In this document: in pieces, positions 31,799-43,462 of the stretch
Position numbering within the stretch: position 1 is the first letter of the stretch
Layout of the letters: each line of letters begins with the position of its first letter
Assembly: GCA_963780185.1 (NCBI GenBank)
Contig: CAWABA010000006.1
Location: forward strand, 256,001 to 320,000
Direction: 5' to 3'
DNA: 64,000 nt
From: Candidatus Bathyarchaeota archaeon
GTDB lineage: Archaea; Thermoproteota; Bathyarchaeia; Bathyarchaeales; Bathycorpusculaceae
The notes under the pieces: generated by a model
What the model saw: the letters and a program-made list of their open reading frames with translations, nothing else
The model's database searches: none
What the model was told of the DNA's origin: nothing
Program-made: the position numbers and the translations under genes

Positions 31799-31951
31799 TT
31801 CAAAAACCAACCAACGTTAACACTTGCAGCCTATAAGTCTTTTTGTTAAAAGCCTTTGGTTGTTTTTGGATTTTTCACAGGAGATTTCCACCCGTTGATT
31901 CTGGATGTAGAATTTTTGTTTTCAATGGAAACAACGGCTAAACTTTCCAAT

Positions 31952-33579
31952 TCAAGCCAAGCTGTCGCTTACAACTTGGTATTCCTTGTCTGAAAGCCAA
32001 CCTTCACTTCTCAGGCGAAGCAAGCCCTCCGCGATTTTGCCGCGGCTCAAATAGCTGTTTAGAAGGTTGTTTTTTTCTCCTAAACTTCGGATTTGCCTGT
32101 CTAAAAACGGGTCCTGCTTCGCAAGAACCTGCACGTTTTCGATTAGCTCTGACATGGCTTTGAAACGGGGAATCAGAAGCTGCTTAATCTTTGACCTGCC
32201 AAAGGCGCCTTTGAGTTTGGAGGCGAAATCGTCGGCGCTTGTCATGGACGGCGGAAGAAAAATGAAGCGACTGCTTGACCCTGACTGATAAAACGCAGCG
32301 TAAAAGGGAACATAGAACAGAGCTGGGCTCTTCAACTGCTGGTCCACACTGCCAAGCAACGCGAACTTGGCGTTAACTGCCTCCCCCAGCTTGATGGCGT
32401 CGTTAAGCCCATTCACCACAGGTTTTTCAAGCTTGAGCAGCTTCTCCGTTTCCCGCTTGAAAACAAGCATTTTGGCGTCGCGGGTGGCTTCAAGATCCAA
32501 CAGGGGCTGGCGGGCACGCTTAATTTCTGCTTCCAACTCAAGCTGCAACTTGGCTGTCTGCGATTTTTTTTGTTTAGAAAGGTTTTTGATGTTTTTTTCT
32601 GCGCGTTTTAGCTCTTTCTTTAGTGCGTTGAGTTCTTTTTTGGTTTGGGCGCTTTTTTCTTTCCATCGTTTCTCGTAGATTAAATGGTTTTTTGAAGCTT
32701 GCGCTTGGGCTTCCTTCTGGTAAAGCCTGATTTTGCCTTCGCTGCTCTCGATGCCTTTTTCACTTTTTGCCTTTGATTTTTTCAGATTTTCAAGTTCATG
32801 ATCGAAGCTTCTGGTGATTTCGGCTATTCGTCGTTTGTACTGGCTGTTCAGGGCGGCGACTTTGGGGTTGACGAATTCTTGCTGAGCCTTAATCTTGGCG
32901 TTGTCCTCGTCCCTGACGGCTTCCGCCGCGTAATCGAGCTCGGTGATGAATTGGCTTGTTGTTCTGTTTACTAGTCGTAGGCAATCGGCAAGCCTCTGTG
33001 TGTCTGTCTTTGGCGTCTGTTTGCAGGTTGACGATTTCCGTTAAAACAGAGGAAACTGCTGATTCTTCCAAGATCGGCGAAAGCAAAGCGTAATTTGCCG
33101 TCTGACCCGTGACTTCAACGGCTTCTCGGCGATAAGCATTAAATTCCTTTCTAAAATCCGCGTCAACAACCAAGTTTCCAACCGAAACTTCCTTCTCCTT
33201 CTTCGGCTGCGAAAAATAGTTGTCGTGGTCAGATGAGGAAAGCCAAGAAATCCTCCCTCGTTTTAGAGTTGGCTTCTAAGCTTTCCATGAACGCTTTGGC
33301 TGAAGGCAATTCATTGTAGGACATGGCGAACTGGGCGTTTTTTAGGTCGTCGAAAAGGTACGAGGTTTCGTTTCTGGGGAACAGCCACAGGGGATAGCCG
33401 ATTTTGGTTAAGAAAACGAGTTTTTCCTCAGGCTGCTTCACGATTAATCCGCCGCCTTTCATTCTTTCAAGCTCAGCCAGCGCGTAAACGGCGGCTTCTT
33501 CAACTTCGACGTTGAATGGTTCCCTGCTTTTTTGCGGCGCGAAAGGCAACATGAAACGTTTCAACGCGGAGTTTAACAT
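31952..33579 (-). CDS. Large coiled-coil hypothetical protein (several frameshifts)
   Basis: Fragments 33229-33579, 32889-33173 and 31952-32548 join through a charged coiled-coil middle. Confidence 0.65.
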
Positions 33580-33670
33580 GGATTTCAGTTCAGAGTATAA
33601 GAGGATGCTTTTTTAAAATTTGTTGTCTCCCAACCACGAAAAACCGTCGATTTGCCCAGAAACGTTGGCG

Positions 33671-35006
33671 CTAAGCTTTGAAGAAGTCAGATATTTTCTT
33701 TTGGAACAGCGCCTGCTTCAACAGTTCGCTTTGCAGTATCCAGCGTTGCATCGGGATTTCAAATCTGCCGCCTATGAACTGCAGCGACTCCGCTAAGCTC
33801 TTGAAAAGGTAAGGTTTTTGCTTCATTGCGTTTCTGACGTTTTCGCGGACTTGCCATACGCCGATGGGCATGATGTATCCTGGTCGGGCTTCTCGAAGAA
33901 CAATCACTGTGGCTTGCCGCCGTTCCTTCTCCAGTTGCTCGCAGGTTGCCAAGCGGGCAGAGTAGTAGCAGCCGCCTATTGCCGCGTATGTGGTTCGTCC
34001 GCTGTTGCCTTCCCAATCCGAAAAAATCGCGATGCTTTGTCCCGTCGGGTTCCAAACGGTTCCCGGGTACCACGCTTCCATGGATTCGTAGCTCCACTTC
34101 TGCGGAATCATCAAAATCTCAAAAACGTTATCCATGTAGATTGATTCGTAAACTCTGAACTCGTTGATTTCAGGGTAGGTTTTGACTTTCGCCATCAGAT
34201 TCTTGGAGATTATGTCGTCGACGGCTGTTATGCTCCACCGTGTCGGAACCAGCCGCCGTTTTTTTCCACTCCGAAGGCGCCGACGCTGAAAGCCTTCTGA
34301 ATCTTGCTGACCATGACGCCTCTGCTGTAGAGGTCAAGCACTGCGGGTCCAGCACGCAAATCCGTGTCGTAATACGCCTTCTCGATTTTGTCATCGTAAC
34401 GTGCGTTGCCAACATGCAGGTCGCGAATCGGCGCGGAGGGACCAAACGGCTGAACATTATCATCTAGAAAGAGCGAGCTGTGGGGTTTTTTGGTAAGGTT
34501 TAAGTTCGATGTCTACGCAGCTGTCTGCAAGGGCTAACTCGCGGGTTTGATCCAAGATTTTTCCTGCAGTCCATAAAGTTTCGCACGTTAACCCTGTGTT
34601 TGCCCCGAACAAGCATGCTGCGGAAACCCAACGATTTCATCCATGGATTTCCCGAACCAGCGTTCAGGCAAATCATAAACAGCCGTGTCTTCATGCAGGG
34701 CGGCACAAGTGGACCCGCGTAGACGTTTGGGTAGCCGATTCGTCCGATGAAAACGCTGGGCGGCGACATGCCCGCGATGTCTTCGCCCATCAAGGGGACG
34801 CTTTTGAGGAAATAGTTTACTTTAAGCATGATTGGGCAACGGGTTTTGCCGCAGAGCAACCGTGAGCCTTTGCATAGGACGCAGAGGCTGTCCTGTGATG
34901 TTCGGGTGGTTATTTGGTCGGTGCTTGACAGTTTCGCCGCAGCCAAAATGTCTTTTAGCCAGTTGTCTGAACCGTGAACGTTTTGAATCGCCGATGCCGC
35001 TGACAT
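33671..35006 (-). CDS. nreA: Nre-family PCNA-interacting DNA repair protein (frameshifted)
   Basis: LCVLCKGSRLLCGKTRCP, SPPSVFIGRIGYP, GGCYY, GVWQVRENVR; C-terminal PIP box QKKISDFF. Confidence 0.92.
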
Positions 35007-35678
35007 GGTACACTTGCATGATGATTTGCATCGGCTTGATATGTTTTTCCAGAAAAAAACAAGACAGAAAACCAACGTGCTTTACCCATTAAGCCTTTGT
35101 GTAAACCGTTCAATGAATCCTTGCTTTTGGACAGCTAGATTTGAATTCATCCACATTCTAAATCAATAGGCTTGGAATGCTGGCGACGATTGCATCAATA
35201 ATTTTATGACTGCCAATCATCAATTCAAATTTTCCTCCTGTAAATCGAAAATTCCGTACTGTCTCCAGGAGTGCCAATTCTTCAGGCGTAACATCCGTTT
35301 AGATCCACAAACCTGGAACAGGCAGTATTTGGTATGCCAAAAAATCCTTGCAAAAATTGATGACGCAAGTTCTCGGGAACTGCGTTTGTAGGCACGATGG
35401 TCGTGGTCGATGCCCTTTTCTCGAAGCCACTGCTAGCACAATTTTGGGCGCTTCTGAGCGGATGCAATGAGAACTTGTGCCGATGTAACTTTGAAAGCGT
35501 AAATCTGGAAATTTTGCTAGAATTGGGATTTTTAATCCTTCTGTGGAAACATTGAGAGCTTAATGCATATGCGATCTGTGAAATAGTGGTTTGTTTGAGC
35601 GTTTGGATTTATCACTTATGTAACACGCAAAATCTTGACTTAGCCTGTAGTATTGAGAATCCTGAAAATGAAGTGAAT

Positions 35679-35756
35679 TGGCGCCCAGGCCGGGATTTGG
35701 ACCCGGGTCCTGCGGGCGACAGCCGCATATACTGGACCGAACTATACTACCTGGGC
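35679..35756 (-). tRNA. tRNA-Asp(GTC) with encoded CCA, no intron
   Basis: GCCCAGG/CCTGGGC acceptor stem, TGCGG-CTGTCGC-CCGCA anticodon arm, CCGGG-TCCAAAT-CCCGG T arm, G73. Confidence 0.93.
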
Positions 35757-35957
35757 TATCACGTGGCCTAAGCGCCGCAACAATACTAATAACTTAAGCT
35801 AATTAACTTTTCTCGCAGTTGACGCTGAAGAGTTGCTAGGAATTCGATTTCTTGTTGCTTGCCTCTTTGACTGAATGTTTTATGCGTAATTTTAATACAT
35901 TTCTGGTTGCTTGATTGTTTGTGATGGGTGGGTGAGGAGAGGTATTAAGTAACACTG

Positions 35958-37999
35958 ATGCTTCATCGGTTCTGCAGAGGTACTGGCTCTGCATCCTCCT
36001 GCTGATCCTCGCCGCGGCCTCGTTTCCCTTCAGTCTACATCGCCCTCTTCGCCGCCTTCGTCTTCACTTTTTTGGTTCCAGGCTTGATTGCCTACCGATT
36101 CTTCAAACTAAAATCCCATGAAATCTGGGCTTTCATCCCTCTCTTCAGCGTCTTAGTCTCCGTCGAATTGATTTATTACTTGTCCTTGGCAGTTGGCTAC
36201 TCGCGGCAAACAATCCTCTTCAGCTTTCTGGCTTTGACGGCGATTTACGCGTTGGTGGTTTACTGGAAAGGCGAACCGATTTCAGCCGCCCAAAATTCCT
36301 TCGCGTGCGGCAAATCAAAAAAACCAGCCTGCTCCTGTTCGCAGTAATCTTCGCCATCGCCCTCGTCGTTTTAGCACGAAGCGTTTGGGCAAGCAACCAG
36401 TACGGCATAGTTTTGACGGGTTCAAACTGGCAGGACACGCCTCTGCACTACGAAATAATTGAAAGCCTCAACAACGGGAATTTTCCGCCGCAAATGCCTA
36501 ACTTCGCGGGGGTACCCATGACCTACTATTACTTTGTTGATTTCCACACAGCCATCATCGAAAACGTCTTCGGCTACCTCCCCCAGCTTCTGCCGTTTTT
36601 AAACGCCGTTTTCATAGCCATCTTCGGACTCGCAATCTACGCGCTTGACCCGACCCAACGGCAGACGAGCAGCAATCATCGCAACGGTCATCGCTACTTT
36701 TGGCTGGGGTTTAAGCTACTTTGGGCTCTTCAACGCCCTATTCACAGGACACTTCAATGCCACCCCAAACTACGCCTACCAGTACGGCCAAAACGTTCGG
36801 GTTGCCGCCTATCTTTGACAACTTGCTCCAGCAACGACCGCTTTTGATTGGCTTTGCCCGTGTTCGCTTTCGTTTTGGCGTTGCTGCAGGAACATGGAAA
36901 GCAAAAATCGGCTTCTGCTGGCTGGGGTGATGACGGGTTTGCTTTTTGAGTTCCATAACGTCGGGTTCCTTTGCTGCTACATCGCCTTCGTCGTCGCCGT
37001 AATGTTTAATCTGAAACGGTTCAAACTCACAAATTGCCTCTACTTCTTGTTGCCGACCGTTTTAGCGTTGCCTTTCATTTTCCATAATGGCCCGCCAGCC
37101 ACGATTTCGTTAAGCTTGGCTTTCGTCTAATAGCTTCGCGAAGGACCCGCCGCTCTACTACCTCCTTAACCTCGGCATACCCTTCATTGTCGCAATCATT
37201 TCCTTCGTGAAATCTGGAAACGAAACCTTGAAGGGCACCATGCTTTTTCTGCTGATGATTCCCCTTGTTCTTTTGATTACGCCTAACCCGTGGGACATGT
37301 ACAAATTCTTCATTTTCGCATGGATCCCCATATCCGTTTTAGCCGCCGTGATGTTGTCTAAAACACCGAAAATCGTGATTGTGACGTTGGTTTTGCTTTC
37401 GATTTTGGCTTCCGCAAGCGTAGTCATCTACAATTTCGGAACAAATTATCCCGGCGGCAAGTTGGCCTGAGTATCAGCTTGGGCTTTGGGTGCGCAGCAA
37501 CACGCCGCAGGAATCCGTGTTTTTAACTTACTACTCTATTCAGTGTCCTCCAGCCATGATAGGCGGCAGACTCACGGTTTCATCATACGTCAACTGGCCC
37601 TACGGATGGGGCATCCCTTTAAGCCAGATTGATCAACGGCAAACCGACATCGACAACGCATATCAGGGCACCCCAGCCCAGCTGGAAGCCGTCGTCAAAG
37701 AATACAAGGTCTCATACATCTACGTCGGCAACGACGAGTTGTACCATTACCCAGGCTGCACGGCAAGGTTCAACGCGATTAGCTGGCTAAAACCCGTCTA
37801 CACGAACCAAAACCTCGAAATCTACCAGGTTGAACTTGCCCAGACGGCACTTGAATGTCTCGAGCATCATTTTCTTCGGAAAACTGAATTTTTCAACTCC
37901 TGTAGTCTTTCTTTGTTCGGGGAGCCTTTCTTGCCTGTCATGTACTCGATGTCGATTCTGCCGATTGTGGTTTTCTCCAGTTTTTCAGGTTTGACTTGA
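35958..37999 (+). CDS. Multi-TM GT-C-like protein of the YYY/DUF2298 type (many frameshifts; true end probably near 37853)
   Basis: WQDTPLH...NFPPQMPNFAGVPMTYYYF; W-x-RSNTP...YKVSYIYVGNDE C-terminal domain. Confidence 0.7.
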
Positions 38000-38388
38000 G
38001 CCATTTTCTTTTCGGGGTCAAGTGAAAGCTGCCGGACAAGCACTTCGAGCGCATGCTGCTTCTCCGCCAGGTCGTTGACAAGGCTCATTTTGCCGCTGAA
38101 ATGGACGGAACTGTAAACGTAGTCGCATTCGTCGGTTACGCCGAAATCCAGCACCGCCTGACCCCAAACCCGATTGTTCGCTTTCTGGTAGACGAGTTTT
38201 TTGCCTTCGGGTGCGCAGTGGAAGTAGATGCAGTTTTTGGCTTGGTCGTAGCCGTGGCTCAGCGAGACAAGGTAGGGTTCGTTGTCCATGCAGAGGGCGA
38301 CGGTGACAAACTTTGGTGGTTTTTAGATTTGCCGCATTTCTTCTGGGTCAGTTATTTCTCGGTCTTTGCGTCTAACATGAAACGACAT
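37867..38388 (-). CDS. Pyridoxamine 5'-phosphate oxidase-like / NimA-family flavin-binding protein (frameshift near 38325)
   Basis: HVRRKDREI, PYLVSLSHGYD, IYFHCAPEGKK, YSSV and MTGK motifs. Confidence 0.88.
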
Positions 38389-38608
38389 ACATTCACCTTA
38401 ACAGCGTGGTAATATTAATTTTTTGGAGTGAGGCAATTAATGTGACCACTCGGTAGCATAATTCAAACTAACCCCGGTATTGCGATTGCTGAAACGCGAA
38501 AGAAGGTGGATAGACTCCTAAGTAAAGCAATCTCAAAGGTGGAGGAGGCAGATTTACCGTTCAAGGACAGAATCATTATTTGCTATCAAGTTCTGTTTCT
38601 TTTGTCCC

Positions 38609-39211
38609 TTATCCAGTCAACTGTTGGCAGACCATATCTGTTATTAAATCTTCGATCTCGTCGAATCCACCTTTACCTATATCTTCTCGATATATTACAG
38701 AGAGCCAGATTAAGTGGAAAAGTCCATTAATTACTTCAGGCGAACGCTGAGGATTAAATCCCTTCTGGCGTAAGATGCGAACTAAATTTTGAATGAAGCA
38801 TTCGTCATCCTTAGTGTGCTCGTCTAATTTCTTATGGGAAATAATATGAACTATATACTCTTCGTCGCCGCTTTTGTAAAGCATGGGTAACAAAGGATTT
38901 TCCGCTAATTTTTTAATCATTGCCTTGAAGGCAGCCTTAAAATCTTTTTTGTTTATTTTATCTGCATCTTCCAGTTTTTGGAGAAATTCGTATCGGGGGC
39001 TGTATCCCTTCTTGATAAGTTCAAAAAGCAGATCTTCCTTTGATGGGTAGAATAGATAAAAAGTGCCTTTTCCTATGCCTGCTACCTTGACAATGTCATC
39101 TACTGCTGTTTTCTTTATACCGTATCTTGAAAAGAGATTTATGCTCGCCTTCTGAATGTTTTCCCGAACTTCTTCTCGCTTATTCTTTGAGAATCTGCCC
39201 AAAGTTTTCAC
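38609..39211 (-). CDS. TetR/AcrR-family regulator
   Basis: LFSRYGIKKTAVDDIVKVAGIGKGTFYLFYPSKEDL. Confidence 0.95.
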   Translation of the reverse strand: MKTLGRFSKNKREEVRENIQKASINLFSRYGIKKTAVDDIVKVAGIGKGTFYLFYPSKEDLLFELIKKGYSPRYEFLQKLEDADKINKKDFKAAFKAMIKKLAENPLLPMLYKSGDEEYIVHIISHKKLDEHTKDDECFIQNLVRILRQKGFNPQRSPEVINGLFHLIWLSVIYREDIGKGGFDEIEDLITDMVCQQLTG

Positions 39212-39226
39212 TGATCCTTGTTTTTA

Positions 39227-39772
39227 TCATGTTTTTTGACACAGGTAACTTTGTAAATAGGATAGCATTATAGGTCTTTTTTGTAGTACAGAAAGACCCG
39301 TATCTTTCAGAGCCCTTTCAAACATGCTCCATGAAAAACCGCGGGCTTCTGGTTCCTCGACAAGCAGCACCCCTTGCTTTTTCAATGTTCGGACTACCTC
39401 TTCCAACGCATTTTTCCAGTCGGGTATGTGATGAAGCACTCCGAAAATGAAGACCGCGTCGACACTGCCTTCTGGTAGGTCAATTTTTCTCATATCGCCG
39501 ACGAAGAAATCAACTGGAAGCTTTTTCTTTGTAGCTAATGCGATTTGGTCTGGCATATAATCAAAGGCTATGATTTTCGACGGCTTAAATGTCTCTAGAA
39601 TTAATTTTGTGCTGTAACCTGAACCGCATCCTGCATCCATAATTTTTGAGTTTTGAAGGTCAATGCCTTCGTGCTTGAGCATGCTTTTGAATGCACGCAT
39701 TTCGCTTTGTTTCTGGATTACGCGTCTAAGGAAATTATTCATTGCAAAGAATTCGAACTTTCCGAGGCTCAT
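39227..39772 (-). CDS. Class I SAM-dependent methyltransferase
   Basis: MDAGCGSG, FVGDMRKI, GVLHHIPDW motifs. Confidence 0.93.
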   Translation of the reverse strand: MSLGKFEFFAMNNFLRRVIQKQSEMRAFKSMLKHEGIDLQNSKIMDAGCGSGYSTKLILETFKPSKIIAFDYMPDQIALATKKKLPVDFFVGDMRKIDLPEGSVDAVFIFGVLHHIPDWKNALEEVVRTLKKQGVLLVEEPEARGFSWSMFERALKDTGLSVLQKRPIMLSYLQSYLCQKT

Positions 39773-39801
39773 TTGTGATTTTCCCCTTCATTTATGACTA
39801 T

Positions 39802-39827
39802 GTGACTAAAATGGTTAGATTAGTCAC
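39802..39827. promoter_or_regulatory. Candidate TetR operator GTGACTAA-N10-TTAGTCAC abutting the BRE/TATA of the methyltransferase-tetR operon
   Basis: Perfect 8-bp arms; minus-strand GAAAAAGTTATAAG at 39827-39840. Confidence 0.7.
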
Positions 39828-39846
39828 TTATAACTTTTTCCACCCG

Positions 39847-39921
39847 CTACACTTGCCGAAGCTTTTCGGGGTTGATTATTTCTCGGTCTGTGGGTCTAAC
39901 ATGAAAAGACTGGAAAGACAT
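39847..39921 (-). pseudogene. Decayed duplicate of the 5' end of the NimA-like gene
   Basis: MSFQSFHVRPTDREIINPEKLRQV* versus MSFHVRRKDREITDPEEMRQI; 29/31-nt match between 39876-39906 and 38352-38382; both preceded by TAAGGTG. Confidence 0.85.
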
Positions 39922-40077
39922 TTGGACACCTTAATCAAGCAAAGCACTGCGGAAATTAAAATGTTAGCGTCGCGTCTGTCTCCCATCGCTTAGAGCCTGC
40001 AGCGGGTTAGCGCTCAGCAAGGCTTAATACTAAAATAAGAGAAATATGGCACATAAGTTAGGCATCGATTTGAGGAT

Positions 40078-41360
40078 GTGAGATTATCAAAACCGAACCG
40101 TTTGATGTTGAAGAAAACAGTAACAGAAATAATTTTGGAAGATGACCTCATCAAAAAAGAAACAGCTATCCCAGAAAATCTTCGCCGCCGCCAACGCAAA
40201 GGGAATTTATCCCGCAAGCATCCAAGAATTCTACATGGCTCGCGGCAGAGGAGAATTCTCTGGTTTCACGGTTCCCGCAATAAATCTGCGCAGCATGACC
40301 TATGATTTGGCTCGCGCAATATTCCGAGTCGCCGAAAAAAATGATTCTGGCGCCTTCGTCTTTGAGATTGCCCGCTCCGAAATCGGCTACACTAATCAGC
40401 CGCCGATCGAGTTCGCAAGCATGGTTATGGCAGCCGCAATAAAAGAAGGCTATTCTGGTCCAGTCTTCATCCAAGGAGACCATTACCAAGCCAACGCCGC
40501 CAAATACAAAGAAAACCCCCAGAAAGAAATTGAAAGCTTACAAACCCTAATTGCCGATTCAATAAACTCAGGTTTCTACAACATCGACATAGACTCCTCA
40601 ACCCTTGTCGACTTATCGAAACCGACTTACAAAGAGCAGCAGCTCCTAAATTATGATGTCTGCGCAAAACTTGCCCAGTTTGTCCGCCAACATGAACCGA
40701 AAGGAACCACGATTTCGGTGGGCGGAGAAATCGGCGAGATTGGGCATCAGAATTCGACGCCTGAAGACCTGCATGTTTTCATGGATGGACTCAAAGAAAG
40801 GCTTCCCAAAGGTTTAGTCGGCATCAGCAAGATTTCAGTTCAAACAGGAACCACACACGGCGGCATCGTCTTGCCCGACGGATCCATAAAGCAAATCAGC
40901 CTCGACTTCAACACTCTAAAGACCCTCTCAGAAACAGCCCGCAAACGATACGGACTCGCAGGAGCGGTCCAACATGGGGCATCAACTCTGCCTCCTGAAG
41001 CATTCCACAAGTTCGTCGAATGCGAAACCGCCGAAGTACACTTAGCCACCGAGTTCCAAAACATGATTTACGAATCAAAACATTTCCCAGCTGACCTGAA
41101 AAAACAAATTTATGCATGGCTAAAAGTCAACGCTGCAAACGAGGCAAAGGCGGGCGAAACCGAGGACCAATTCATCTACAAAACCCGCAAAGAAAGGGTT
41201 AGGGCCATTCAAGAAAGAAATCATAAAACTTCCAAGCGAGACACGGGATGCAATTGCCGCTGAAATCGAGGTAAAGTTTGATTTCCTCTTCAAACAACTC
41301 AACGTCGTAAACAAGAGAAAGCTGCTGGACAAATACGTACAAGCGCCTTCAAGCAAATAA
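40078..41360 (+). CDS. fba: Class II fructose/tagatose-bisphosphate aldolase (frameshifts near both ends)
   Basis: FTVPAINLR, FIQGDH, GGEIGEIG, QTGTTHGG, AVQHGASTLP, HLATEFQ motifs. Confidence 0.88.
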
Positions 41361-41566
41361 AAACAAATCACGAGTTTCCAAAAGACCGATAGAGAAGGAT
41401 AAACTCCTCCTCTTTCGTTTTTCCTTGCACTAATTCTTTATGTAGAAACCCTTTCGGTTCAGGGTTAACTTGTTCGGGAAGACATAGACTTGCATGAAGG
41501 TTTTGACATTTTCGTTGCGTAACAGGATTTATAGAAGGGTTGTTTAGCATTCCTAAGGCGTCTTAG

Positions 41567-42175
41567 ATGGTAAATTTAGGGAGTCAATACCGATGCCCAA
41601 CGGGTCCTCAGGGCAGGCTGGTTGCTGCAAGCATGAATCAGCATCATACGAAGCTCACATTGTGGGGGCTATCAAAGGTAACCGTTGGCGCCGAGTTTGT
41701 GGTTTTGGATGTGGGTTGTGGCGGCGGCAAAACAGTCGGTAAATTAGCCAAACTGGCGCCGAAAGGAAAAGTGTTCGGTATCGATTATTCGCCGGAAATG
41801 GTGAGATTTTCAAAAGGAATTAACAAAAAACTGATTTCTCAGGATCGCGTTGAAATAATCGAGGAGTCCGTTGAAAAAATGAGTTTTAAGGATGACCTCT
41901 TTGATTTGGTAACGGCTTGTGAAACCTACTATTTCTGGAACAAATTTTCCGATGCCTTAGCGGAAATACGACGCGTGTTGAAGCCAGGCGGGAAGCTCCT
42001 TTTGGTGAATGAGCTAAGGTATGGTGCTACTCCTGCAAAAGTGATTAAGGAAACGCACGTAAAACTCGTCCCGCTGGAGAAAATCCGCCGTTCTTTGCAG
42101 TCAGTGGGTTTTGTGGATGTAAAGGTATTCACTGAGGCTGATTCGGATTGGAACGCGATTGTCGCCCAAAAATAG
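41567..42175 (+). CDS. Class I SAM-dependent methyltransferase
   Basis: LDVGCGGG, GIDYSPEM, ETYYFW, RVLKPGG motifs. Confidence 0.93.
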   Translation: MVNLGSQYRCPTGPQGRLVAASMNQHHTKLTLWGLSKVTVGAEFVVLDVGCGGGKTVGKLAKLAPKGKVFGIDYSPEMVRFSKGINKKLISQDRVEIIEESVEKMSFKDDLFDLVTACETYYFWNKFSDALAEIRRVLKPGGKLLLVNELRYGATPAKVIKETHVKLVPLEKIRRSLQSVGFVDVKVFTEADSDWNAIVAQK

Positions 42176-42201
42176 CTCTTAGGCACAAGAGAATTGGTGC
42201 T

Positions 42202-42789
42202 TTAGGGTTTCAGGGTTTTTAGCCAATCCAAAAGAGCAATTTTCATTTTTTGGGGGCTTTCGAACACGTGCATACCGTCCATCGCTTCCAGCTTCCGCAC
42301 CTGGTCGGCTTCTTCTTTGCGTACCCGCAGCTTCAGTTCTTTGCCGTTAGGCAGCTTCGTGGAAACCACGCCTTCCCTGAAATCTGTAGGCAGCAGGTAG
42401 ATTTGCTGGAAGGCTTTAAGTCCCATGAGGGCGGCGTTGGTGAGCATGGTGTCGCTTATGCTGTTGACGATTTTAGCCACCGAGTTGGATGAGCAGGGTG
42501 CGATTAGGAGGAATTCGTATTTGCCGCTTTGAAGCCACGCGGCTAAGAAGGGTGAGTTAGCGTTGACTTCGACCATGACTTTGGGGAAGTTCGCTTTGAT
42601 TTCTTCTTCGAGCCTGTAGAATTTGAGCATAGTGTCGGCGGCTTTAGAAATGTACACGTCGACCTCCACTTTGCCCTCAGACTGCTTCTTGAATTCCTTC
42701 ATGACTTCGACTATCTCGGCGATTTTGTCGCCTGCACCCGTTATTCCCCAAGCAATCTTAGGCTTCTTGGTTTTGACGTTTTCAGCCAT
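42202..42789 (-). CDS. afpA: Archaeoflavoprotein AfpA
   Basis: IAWGITGAG, NANSPFLA, IAPCSSNSVAKI...DTMLTNA motifs. Confidence 0.9.
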   Translation of the reverse strand: MAENVKTKKPKIAWGITGAGDKIAEIVEVMKEFKKQSEGKVEVDVYISKAADTMLKFYRLEEEIKANFPKVMVEVNANSPFLAAWLQSGKYEFLLIAPCSSNSVAKIVNSISDTMLTNAALMGLKAFQQIYLLPTDFREGVVSTKLPNGKELKLRVRKEEADQVRKLEAMDGMHVFESPQKMKIALLDWLKTLKP

Positions 42790-42801
42790 ATGTTTAACCA
42801 G

Positions 42802-43398
42802 CTACTTTTTTTCTGTCCCTTCCATGAGAGCTGCGAACTTTTTAACCGTCTTCTTTAGGCTCCTGAAACCTTCCTCATCCGCCTTGACGCCTTCGAGCGT
42901 GTCTTTGCTCCAGAACGTTGCTCCCAAATTGGCGCCGAAGAAGCCGCCGCCTACAGGTATCATTCCGTTGATGATGTAGAATGTGTGCAGCTGCATAAGC
43001 GCGAATTCTTGACCGCCGTTTCGGTCGCCGCCGACTACGATGCCCATGCCGATTTTGCCTTTGAAAACGTTTTTGTCCGCTGCAACCAACGCGCGTGTCC
43101 TATCCATCAGGGCTTTGGTTTGGGCGCTTACGCCGCCGTTGTAGACGGGCGACGCAAAGATGATTCCTTTCGCTTCAGTGAGCAAGGTGTAGAGTTCTTG
43201 CACGTCGTCTTGGACTACGCATTCTTTGTTTTGGAGGCAGTAGTCGCAGTGTGCGCAGAAATCAACCCATTTTCCACGCACCGTCCAAAACTGTGTTTCG
43301 AAACCTTTCTCGCCCAGCATCCGAAGGGCTTCATTTAGAACGTACTCGGTTGCTTGATCCCGCGGGCTCCCACAAACTCCAAGTATCATAAAGCTCAC
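42802..43398 (-). CDS. Iron-sulfur flavoprotein / flavodoxin family
   Basis: GSPR, CAHCDYC...C, SPVYNGGVSAQTKALMDR, GGDRNGGQE motifs. Confidence 0.92.
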   Translation of the reverse strand: MSFMILGVCGSPRDQATEYVLNEALRMLGEKGFETQFWTVRGKWVDFCAHCDYCLQNKECVVQDDVQELYTLLTEAKGIIFASPVYNGGVSAQTKALMDRTRALVAADKNVFKGKIGMGIVVGGDRNGGQEFALMQLHTFYIINGMIPVGGGFFGANLGATFWSKDTLEGVKADEEGFRSLKKTVKKFAALMEGTEKK

Positions 43399-43462
43399 AA
43401 AAAGTTAAGCATGTTTTTGAATTAAAGCCTTGCCCCGCTGCATGTTACCGTTTTGTCGTGAA

